DNA of 64,000 nucleotides from Candidatus Omnitrophota bacterium (GTDB taxonomy: Bacteria > Omnitrophota > Gorgyraeia > Gorgyraeales > Gorgyraeaceae), in contig JBDRJN010000006.1 in assembly GCA_043814965.1 (NCBI GenBank), positions 71,838 to 135,837 on the forward strand, read 5' to 3'. The notes beneath the pieces are model-generated. The model saw nothing but the letters and a program-made list of their open reading frames with translations, was not told where the DNA came from and did not search any database. Both the position numbers and the translations under genes were made by a program. The stretch's first letter is position 1; each line of letters begins with the position of its first letter. Shown here piece by piece: positions 56,409 through 64,000 of the stretch.

Positions 56409-58859
56409 ATGCTGAATCGTTTTACTGAACGCGCTAGGAAGGTAATATTACTTGCTAAGGAAGAGGCAAAGAGGTTTAACCATGATTATATAGGCACAGA
56501 GCATATCTTGCTTGGCCTGGTAAGAGAAGGAGAAGGGGTCGCGGCAGTAGTGCTCCAGAAAATAGGCCTTAGTTTGCAGCAGATAAGGCTCGAGGTAGAA
56601 AAGATCGTAAAACCAGGGCCATCGACTGTTATTTCCGGAGACATACCTTTTACACCAAAGGCAAAAAAAGCAATAGAGCTTTCAGGCGAAGAGGCAAGGT
56701 CTTTGGGCCATAATTATATAGGCACAGAGCATATATTGCTGGGCCTGATAAGAGAGGGGGATGGCGTTGCGTCCCAGGTCTTATTGAATCTCGGCTTAGA
56801 CCTGGAAAAGGTCAGGAAAGAGATAATAGAGCTTTTGGGTTCAGCCACTCCAGGATTTGGTTCAGAGCCTCAGGAACAAGAAGGCCTTTCATCGCAACCG
56901 AGTACAAAGACTGCCTCAAAGACTCCGGCGCTTGATGCATTTGGCAGGAACCTTACACAGCTTGCCAAAGATAATAAACTGGACCCTGTAATAGGAAGGC
57001 ATAATGAGATAGAAAGAGTCATACAGATATTGTCACGCCGTACAAAGAATAATCCAGTTCTATTGGGAGAAGCCGGCGTTGGTAAGACCGCGATAGTGGA
57101 AGGGTTAGCTCAGAATATAATAAAAGGAGATGTACCTGAGTTATTAAAGGACAAAAAAGTCATAATACTTGACTTGGCGCTAATGGTAGCAGGCACAAAA
57201 TATAGAGGCCAGTTTGAAGAAAGAATAAAAGCAGTCATGGATGAGATGAAAAGATCCACGAATGTCATAATGTTCATAGATGAACTGCATACATTGGTAG
57301 GCGCGGGAGGCGCGGAAGGCGCGATAGATGCCTCTAATATCCTGAAGCCTGCTTTATCCAGAGGCGAGATACAGTGTATCGGGGCTACTACTTTGGATGA
57401 ATACAGAAAACATATAGAAAAAGACGCAGCTTTAGAAAGGCGTTTTCAGACTATAATGGTAGATCCTCCGACAGTGAATGAGACCATAGAGATATTGAAA
57501 GGGCTTAGGGATAGGTACGAAGCGCACCATAAGGTAGAGATCACAGATGAGGCGATCGAAGCAGCTGCCAAGTTTTCTGATAGGTATATAGCTGGAAGGT
57601 TCCTTCCTGACAAGGCGATCGACTTGATAGATGAGGCAGGCGCTAAGGCAAGGATATCTATTATGACCGCTCCTCCTGAAGTCAAGAACATGGAGCAGGA
57701 TATAGAAAAGATACGTAAAGATAAACATGATGCTATTAAAGACCAGGACTTTGAAAAAGCAGCCCACCTGAGAGACGTAGAAAGAGAGGCCCGCAAGAAA
57801 CTGGACAAATTCAGGCAGGATTGGAAACGCGAAAGAATGGAAGCGCGTCCTACGGTAGACGAAGAGCTTATAGCAAATATAGTGTCAAAGTGGACAGGGA
57901 TACCCATAGTGAGGCTTGAACAAAAAGAGTCAGAAAAACTTTTAAAGATGGAAGAAGAGCTTCACAAGAAGATCGCTGGCCAGGATGAAGCAGTCTCTGC
58001 TATTGCTCATGCTATCAGAAGGTCCAGGGCTGGTATAAAAAACCCAAAAAGGCCAATAGGTTCTTTTATATTTCTGGGGCCTACCGGCGTAGGGAAAACA
58101 CATCTTGGAAGAGTGTTGGCTGAATTTATGTTCGGCGATGAAAACGCGCTTATTCAGATCGATATGTCAGAATATATGGAAAAGTTCAATGTCTCACGTC
58201 TGGTAGGAGCGCCCCCTGGATACGTAGGGTATGAAGAAGGCGGACAGCTTACAGAAAAGGTCAGGAGGCGCCCTTATTCAGTAGTCCTCCTCGATGAGAT
58301 AGAAAAAGCCCATCCGGATGTGTTCAATATATTGCTCCAGGTATTAGAGGATGGACGGCTTACGGATAGTTTTGGCAGAAAAGTAGATTTTAGAAATGCA
58401 GTCCTTATCATGACATCCAATGTAGGCGCAGAGATATTCAGAAAACAGGGTTCCATCGGCTTTAAGTCGGAAAAAGAAGAGCTCACTTATAAGAACACGA
58501 AAGAAAAGCTGCTTGAAAAGGTCAAGAAGACTTTTAAGCCCGAGTTTTTAAACAGGATCGATGACACGATAGTCTTTCATGGCCTTACGAAAGAGCATCT
58601 TTACAAGATCGTGGAGATAGAGCTCAAAGATGTCATGGCTAGGCTAAAAGAACAGGGAGTAGAAATAGAGCTGGATAAGAAAGCAAAGGAACTTTTGATA
58701 GAGAAGGGTTTTGACCCTATATTTGGAGCAAGGCCTCTAAAGCGCACAATACAGAGGCTTCTGGAGGATCCCTTGGCAGAAGAGATCATAGGGAAAAAGT
58801 CAAAGAAAGAAAAACTGATAAAGATCTCGGCAAAGAACGGCACTATAATTTTTAAGTAG
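56409..58859 (+). CDS. clpC: ATP-dependent Clp protease ATPase ClpC
   Basis: Double Clp-N, GEAGVGKT, UVR M-domain, GPTGVGKT, SIGF loop, GARPL. Confidence 0.97.
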   Translation: MLNRFTERARKVILLAKEEAKRFNHDYIGTEHILLGLVREGEGVAAVVLQKIGLSLQQIRLEVEKIVKPGPSTVISGDIPFTPKAKKAIELSGEEARSLGHNYIGTEHILLGLIREGDGVASQVLLNLGLDLEKVRKEIIELLGSATPGFGSEPQEQEGLSSQPSTKTASKTPALDAFGRNLTQLAKDNKLDPVIGRHNEIERVIQILSRRTKNNPVLLGEAGVGKTAIVEGLAQNIIKGDVPELLKDKKVIILDLALMVAGTKYRGQFEERIKAVMDEMKRSTNVIMFIDELHTLVGAGGAEGAIDASNILKPALSRGEIQCIGATTLDEYRKHIEKDAALERRFQTIMVDPPTVNETIEILKGLRDRYEAHHKVEITDEAIEAAAKFSDRYIAGRFLPDKAIDLIDEAGAKARISIMTAPPEVKNMEQDIEKIRKDKHDAIKDQDFEKAAHLRDVEREARKKLDKFRQDWKRERMEARPTVDEELIANIVSKWTGIPIVRLEQKESEKLLKMEEELHKKIAGQDEAVSAIAHAIRRSRAGIKNPKRPIGSFIFLGPTGVGKTHLGRVLAEFMFGDENALIQIDMSEYMEKFNVSRLVGAPPGYVGYEEGGQLTEKVRRRPYSVVLLDEIEKAHPDVFNILLQVLEDGRLTDSFGRKVDFRNAVLIMTSNVGAEIFRKQGSIGFKSEKEELTYKNTKEKLLEKVKKTFKPEFLNRIDDTIVFHGLTKEHLYKIVEIELKDVMARLKEQGVEIELDKKAKELLIEKGFDPIFGARPLKRTIQRLLEDPLAEEIIGKKSKKEKLIKISAKNGTIIFK

Positions 58860-58886
58860 TCGTTTTTTTTAAAAGGAGCCATATAG

Positions 58887-59993
58887 GTGGGGCACCGGAT
58901 AGTAATAGTCAAAAAGAGATTCTTGTTTTTTATCGGCTTACTGATAGCTGCGTTTTTATGGGTGCATTTTTTTCTACAAAGAGATTATTTTGTGATAAGT
59001 GAAGATACATCCTTGCGCTATGAGCCGAGAGAGTCAGCTGATAACCTAGAAGATGGGCCAGGCCATATAATGGACAAAGAGGTCTCTTTGGATATAAATT
59101 TTTTAAAAGGGGGTTATTTTTCTTCAAGGATAGCTTTAGAAAGGCTTAATCTAAAGAATATAGAGATCAGCGGAGATGTCTTTGCAAAAGGAAAGTTCTT
59201 AACAGACAAAAAAGACAATAATATAGGGTATACAGCAAAACTTTATTCTAAGAATATTACCCTGAACTCAGTCCCTTTTAGGTCTATAGCCATGTCTTTT
59301 ACTGTTTTGGATGATGTACTTGAAATAGAGGATCTGAGGTTGGGCAAGTCTTATCAGCTTAAAGGGACCGCAGGCCTTATGTATCCTCATGAGATCAATG
59401 TGGAATTTACTATTGATAGGGCGGATATCAGGGACGCAGCGATATTGGCTAGATTAAAAGACCCTAATATCGCTATGGGCATTATAAGAGGAATCTTTAA
59501 TATAAAAGGCCCATTAGCGAATCTGTCTACTAGCGGCATAATTGAATCACGAAACGGAAAAATAGGCCCTATAGAGTATAACTTGATAACGCTCAGGCTT
59601 GAAGGCCTGGGCCCTATAATAAGCATAGTAGATTCTACTATAAAGCAAAAAGACAGGGGGCTTCTCGTCATGGAGGGCTATGTTGATATGAGAAGTTTTT
59701 CCAGAGGTAACCTATTTGATAGTATCAGGATCAAATCTGATATGATGACTATAGTCTGGGATGGCTGGGATATCACTAAACAAAGCCAAAATGAGCTAAG
59801 TATGACCAAAGACATCAATGAAAATATGAAAGTAGGGTTCAAGACAAGCGCCAGCGATGGGTTAACGACTTATCAGGACAGGGAAAGGCCTGAAGAGATG
59901 AGCCTGGAGTATAAGATCGGCAAAGAAAACCTTAAGATGAAACTAAAAGAAGACGAAGAGTTTTTTGTCGTAGAGCACAATATAAGATTTTGA
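58887..59993 (+). CDS. Hypothetical membrane-anchored beta-rich protein (AsmA/TamB-like?)
   Basis: N-terminal TM, repeated Gly-containing beta strands, ends in ...HNIRF. Lies directly upstream of mlaE. Family assignment is tentative. Confidence 0.5.
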   Translation: MGHRIVIVKKRFLFFIGLLIAAFLWVHFFLQRDYFVISEDTSLRYEPRESADNLEDGPGHIMDKEVSLDINFLKGGYFSSRIALERLNLKNIEISGDVFAKGKFLTDKKDNNIGYTAKLYSKNITLNSVPFRSIAMSFTVLDDVLEIEDLRLGKSYQLKGTAGLMYPHEINVEFTIDRADIRDAAILARLKDPNIAMGIIRGIFNIKGPLANLSTSGIIESRNGKIGPIEYNLITLRLEGLGPIISIVDSTIKQKDRGLLVMEGYVDMRSFSRGNLFDSIRIKSDMMTIVWDGWDITKQSQNELSMTKDINENMKVGFKTSASDGLTTYQDRERPEEMSLEYKIGKENLKMKLKEDEEFFVVEHNIRF

Positions 59994-60009
59994 TCAAGGA
60001 GAGGCTGGT

Positions 60010-60792
60010 ATGAAGCATCTGATAAAGAGGCTCGGAGAAAATACATTAAACTTTTTTACTTATATAGGAGGGGTATTCAACTTATTTGTGCACACTATAT
60101 TCCAGATATTTATACCTCCTTTTAGGAAAAAAGAATTTTTTGCGCAGATGTACAAAATTGGGGTCTTAAGTTTTCCTATCGTATTCTTGGTGTCTTTTTT
60201 TACTGGGATGGTCCTTGCGCTCCAAAGCGCTTATCAATTGACAAAGATGAACGCGCAGATCTATATAGCCAGCCTTGTCGCATTGTCCATGGTAAGAGAA
60301 TTAGGACCAGTACTTACAGCGCTTGTAATAGCCGGCAGGGTAGGGGCTAGTATCACAGCTGAACTTGGGACCATGAAAGTCACAGAACAGATAGACGCGC
60401 TTCAGACCCTCGCGGCAAACCCCATAAAATATCTTGTTGTGCCTAGGTTCCTGGCGCTTTGTATAATGCTGCCGCTCCTTACCGTGTATGCGGATATGCT
60501 GGGTATAATAGGGGGGTATCTGATAGGGGTATATAAATTACTTATCGGACATACGATATATTGGGATATGACATTTGACCCGCTCATATTCAAGGATCTA
60601 TTCACAGGGCTTTTTAAGTCACTTATATTTTCTATGATCATATGTATCATAGCTTGTTATGAGGGTTTTAGGACCGAGGGTGGAGCAGAAGGCGTAGGTA
60701 AGGCTACGACCCTTTCTGTGGTGACATCTTTTATTTTAATAATAGCTTCTGACTGTCTGATCACAGCGCTTTTTTATTTTATTTTTCCGTAA
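60010..60792 (+). CDS. mlaE: MlaE-family ABC permease
   Basis: RELGPVLTAL..AGRVG..ITAELGTM.VTEQIDAL, GGAEGVGKATT. Confidence 0.95.
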   Translation: MKHLIKRLGENTLNFFTYIGGVFNLFVHTIFQIFIPPFRKKEFFAQMYKIGVLSFPIVFLVSFFTGMVLALQSAYQLTKMNAQIYIASLVALSMVRELGPVLTALVIAGRVGASITAELGTMKVTEQIDALQTLAANPIKYLVVPRFLALCIMLPLLTVYADMLGIIGGYLIGVYKLLIGHTIYWDMTFDPLIFKDLFTGLFKSLIFSMIICIIACYEGFRTEGGAEGVGKATTLSVVTSFILIIASDCLITALFYFIFP

Positions 60793-60797
60793 AGCTT

Positions 60798-61550
60798 ATG
60801 ATAGAGATAATAAATTTATTAAAATCGTTCGGAGATAAAAGAGTCTTGAATAACCTGAACCTCAATATTCAGTCTGGGGAGGTCATGGTCATAATAGGGC
60901 GTTCTGGATGCGGGAAGAGTGTCCTATTAAAACATATAGCAGGGCTCTTGAAGCCGGATCTGGGCCAGATAATCATAGATAACAAGGATATCAGTAAGAT
61001 GGATGATAAAGAACTTGACCATTTAAGGCTTAGCTTTGGTATGCTTTTCCAGGGCGCAGCGCTTTTTGATTCTATGACCGTAGGAGAGAATGTTGGTTTC
61101 GCGTTGAGAGAGCATACTGATATGCGTGAAGATGATGTACAGAAAAAAGTAAGCCGTGCGTTGGAACTCGTAGGGTTAAGGAATATAGAAGACCTTATGC
61201 CAGCTGAATTGAGCGGTGGTATGAAGAAGAGAGTCGGCCTGGCCAGGGCAATATGCAATGACCCTAAAATAATTTTATATGACGAGCCTACTACTGGCGT
61301 AGACCCTATAGGGGCGGATTCCATAAATAACCTTATACTCGATCTGGATCGCAAGCTCAATATGACTTCTATCGTAGTTACCCATGATATGGTAAGCGCG
61401 TATAAGATAGCAGACAAGATAGCCATGCTATATAACGGCAAGATCATTGCGTGTGGCACACCGGATGAAATAAAGAATACAGAGGATCCGGTAGTCCATC
61501 AATTCATAACAGGCGCAGCTGTAGGCCCGATCACCGAAAACGGAGGATAA
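60798..61550 (+). CDS. mlaF: MlaF-family ABC ATPase
   Basis: GRSGCGKS, FQGAALFDSMTV, LSGGMKKRV, YDEPTTG, P.VHQF. Confidence 0.93.
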   Translation: MIEIINLLKSFGDKRVLNNLNLNIQSGEVMVIIGRSGCGKSVLLKHIAGLLKPDLGQIIIDNKDISKMDDKELDHLRLSFGMLFQGAALFDSMTVGENVGFALREHTDMREDDVQKKVSRALELVGLRNIEDLMPAELSGGMKKRVGLARAICNDPKIILYDEPTTGVDPIGADSINNLILDLDRKLNMTSIVVTHDMVSAYKIADKIAMLYNGKIIACGTPDEIKNTEDPVVHQFITGAAVGPITENGG

Positions 61551-61551
61551 A

Positions 61552-62277
61552 ATGTTCACAAGGTCAAATTTTGAACTTAAGGTAGGTATATTTATCTTTA
61601 TAGGGCTGGTCATACTGTCAGTCATCATATTTTCTATAGGTAATTTCTATAGTATAAAAAGAGGATATACCTTGAATGTAGTGTTCAATTTTGCAAACGG
61701 CATCAATAAAGGCGCACCTGTCAGGTATGCAGGCGTGGAGGTCGGAGAGGTCCAGGATGTAGCGGTTTATTTTGACCAAGAAGAAGACAGGCCTATGGTG
61801 AATCTTCTTTTGTGGGTCTCTCAAAATACATTGGTAAACGAAGATGCTAAAGCTACCATAAATACATTGGGCTTATTGGGAGAAAAATACCTTGAGATAG
61901 TCCCAGGCACAAAAGAGTCCAAGCTTGTAGGCAGGAATGGGACCCTGAGAGGCCAGGACCCTATCTCTACAGAAGAATTGACGCGCGAGACAAAGAGTAC
62001 GCTCGCGAAGATAGATAAGATACTGGGAGAGGTCAATGAGGTCGTAGGTAATGAAGAGACAAAGGCCTCTTTAAAAGAAATAGTGGCTAATATAGAGAAG
62101 ATCACATTTGACCTTAGAGAGGTAGTTGCTCAGGCAAAAGAAGGCAGGGGGACTGTAGGCAGGTTTATGACAGATGATTCGCTATATAACCATATAGATG
62201 AGATGATACTTGATATCAAGAAGAATCCTTGGAAACTTCTAAATAAACCCAAGGATTGGAAAAAGAGAATGGAATAA
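61552..62277 (+). CDS. mlaD: MCE/MlaD-domain protein
   Basis: ELKVGIF, F..ANGI..GAPVRYAGVEVGEV, GLLGEKYLEI.PG. Confidence 0.93.
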   Translation: MFTRSNFELKVGIFIFIGLVILSVIIFSIGNFYSIKRGYTLNVVFNFANGINKGAPVRYAGVEVGEVQDVAVYFDQEEDRPMVNLLLWVSQNTLVNEDAKATINTLGLLGEKYLEIVPGTKESKLVGRNGTLRGQDPISTEELTRETKSTLAKIDKILGEVNEVVGNEETKASLKEIVANIEKITFDLREVVAQAKEGRGTVGRFMTDDSLYNHIDEMILDIKKNPWKLLNKPKDWKKRME

Positions 62278-62292
62278 AACATAGGAGGCATC

Positions 62293-63315
62293 ATGACTTT
62301 AGTATTTATACGTGTATTTTTTATATTGCTTAGTATTGTGTTAGGTTTTCAGATAGGTTCTTTTATACAGGCTGATGGGGGAGGGGATTTCAGCATCTTA
62401 GGCGCAATTATAGGTTTTGTAGTGGCAATATCAATAAGCCTGTTTGAATTTACAATGAGAAAAGTTTCAGTAAGAGGGCTTTCTTCAGCGGTATTCGGCC
62501 TTATATTCGGGCTTATAATGGCAAAACTTATCTCAGACACTATCTCCTTGATACCCATGGATGAGACCTTTCTTTATTCATCAAAGGTAATACTCACGCT
62601 TATATTCTGTTATCTTGGCATGATAGTGGCTATACGCGGGAGAGATGAATTCAATATAATAGTCCCTTACGTAAAGTTCTCAAGGCAAGACCAGAAGGAT
62701 GAGCTGATATTATTAGATACCAGTGTTATTATAGACGGCCGTATAGTAGATATATGCAATGTCAGGTTTTTAGAAGGCAAGTTTGTAGTACCTAGATTTG
62801 TGCTGAAAGAGCTCCAGCAGATAGCTGATTCCAGTGATTCCCTTAAAAGGGCGCGTGGTAGAAGAGGTATGGATATTTTGGGAAAACTGCAGAAAAATCA
62901 ATCTGTGGACATAAAGATACACAACGAGGATTTTCATGACATACAAGAAGTCGATGCCAAGATCATCAAGCTTGCGAAAATCTTGGGCGCAAAGGTCTTT
63001 ACCAATGACTATAACCTTAATAAGATCGCTGAGATCCAGGGGGTAAAGGTCTTGAATGTCAATGAACTTGCCAATGCCCTGAGGCCTGTCGTATTGCCAG
63101 GGGAGACATTGGAGATAAGGCTCATAAAAGAAGGCAAAGAATATAATCAGGGAGTCGGTTATCTCGAAGACGGCACTATGGTAGTGGTAGATAATGCAAG
63201 GCGTCTTATAGGGCAGAACGTAAAGTCTATCGTAGGAAGCGTGCTCCAGACTACAGCTGGCAGGATGATCTTTGGTAAATTGCCTGAAGATATAAAGAAG
63301 AACAACAAGCATTAA
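62293..63315 (+). CDS. PIN/TRAM-domain membrane protein (YacL-like)
   Basis: LDTSVIIDGRI, ELQ.IADS.D..KR.RGRRG, TNDYNLNK, QGVGYLEDGTMVVV. Confidence 0.92.
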   Translation: MTLVFIRVFFILLSIVLGFQIGSFIQADGGGDFSILGAIIGFVVAISISLFEFTMRKVSVRGLSSAVFGLIFGLIMAKLISDTISLIPMDETFLYSSKVILTLIFCYLGMIVAIRGRDEFNIIVPYVKFSRQDQKDELILLDTSVIIDGRIVDICNVRFLEGKFVVPRFVLKELQQIADSSDSLKRARGRRGMDILGKLQKNQSVDIKIHNEDFHDIQEVDAKIIKLAKILGAKVFTNDYNLNKIAEIQGVKVLNVNELANALRPVVLPGETLEIRLIKEGKEYNQGVGYLEDGTMVVVDNARRLIGQNVKSIVGSVLQTTAGRMIFGKLPEDIKKNNKH

Positions 63316-63319
63316 TATT

Positions 63320-64000
63320 ATGAAGGTCGCTGCTATTGTGCCTGCTGCTGGTAAAGGCAAGAGAATAAGATCCAGCATACCCAAACCTTATATAAGGATC
63401 AAAGATAAGCCGATACTCATACATACTCTATCCAGGCTTTCAAGATCTAAGAGTATATCAGAAGTAATAGTGGCCTGTGATAAAGAAAATATGGCCTTGG
63501 CAGAGCGTTTGATAAAAAGATTCTCTATTAAAAAGACCAAAGTCGTAGAAGGCGGGAAGGAAAGAAAAGATTCTGTTCTTAATGCATTAAAGAGCGTGTC
63601 AAAAGATGTAGATTATATCCTGGTCCATGACGCTGTAAGGCCTAATATATCTAATGAGATAATAGACTCATCTATAAAAGCAGCTAAGAAATATAAAGCT
63701 AGCTGCGTAGCTGTACCTGTAAAACCTACATTAAAATATGTAGAAAAAGATCTTATATCCTATACGCCTATCAGAAAGAGATTCTGGGAGGCGCAGACCC
63801 CGCAGGTAGTTAGAAAAGATCTGTTAGAAAAGGCCTATAAAAAAATAAGGCCAAAGTCTGTTATTACAGACGACTGTATGCTGGTAGAGTCTATAGGGGT
63901 GAGGCCTAAGGTAGTCATGGGGTCATATAGTAATATAAAGATCACTACCAAGGAAGATCTGGAAATAGCAAAGGTATTAATGAATAGACGGTTACGTTAA
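63320..64000 (+). CDS. ispD: 2-C-methyl-D-erythritol 4-phosphate cytidylyltransferase
   Basis: PAAGKGKR, GGKER.DSV, VHDAVRP, AQTPQ, TDD, NIKITT.EDL. Stop codon at the window end. Confidence 0.95.
   Translation: MKVAAIVPAAGKGKRIRSSIPKPYIRIKDKPILIHTLSRLSRSKSISEVIVACDKENMALAERLIKRFSIKKTKVVEGGKERKDSVLNALKSVSKDVDYILVHDAVRPNISNEIIDSSIKAAKKYKASCVAVPVKPTLKYVEKDLISYTPIRKRFWEAQTPQVVRKDLLEKAYKKIRPKSVITDDCMLVESIGVRPKVVMGSYSNIKITTKEDLEIAKVLMNRRLR

Overview
Gene-dense, AT-rich chromosomal segment from a diderm bacterium. It carries bamD, lptE, lolC/E-lolD, mlaEFD and TolC, and nearly all genes are on the + strand. Chlamydial-MOMP-like porins and a Firmicutes-like mcsA-mcsB-clpC...yacL-ispD order suggest a PVC-related lineage such as Ca. 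Omnitrophota (inference). Most of the window is housekeeping: purH, folC, mnmE, folE, accA, leuS, holA, rpsT, murJ, uvrC, prfB, secA, lnt, lysS, ilvE, clpC, ispD, tRNA-Leu(CAA) and tRNA-Ala(GGC). The most unusual items are: (1) a TolC/MFP/RND/RND/coiled-coil operon in which TolC has an N-terminal TonB-C-like domain and the first RND permease has a cytoplasmic C-terminal winged-helix domain, with an 11-bp tandem repeat just upstream of the promoter; (2) many small repeats, including GTAG-type REP palindromes, MITE-like elements, 7-bp-periodic repeats inserted in frame into folC, purH, leuS and lnt, and a Y1/RAYT-like transposase inside perfect 19-bp terminal inverted repeats; (3) a 45-bp upstream motif shared by comM and that transposase; (4) a DnaA-box cluster between convergent genes; (5) a tandem pair of MOMP-like porins. 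All domain calls come from motif recognition by eye, not database searches.
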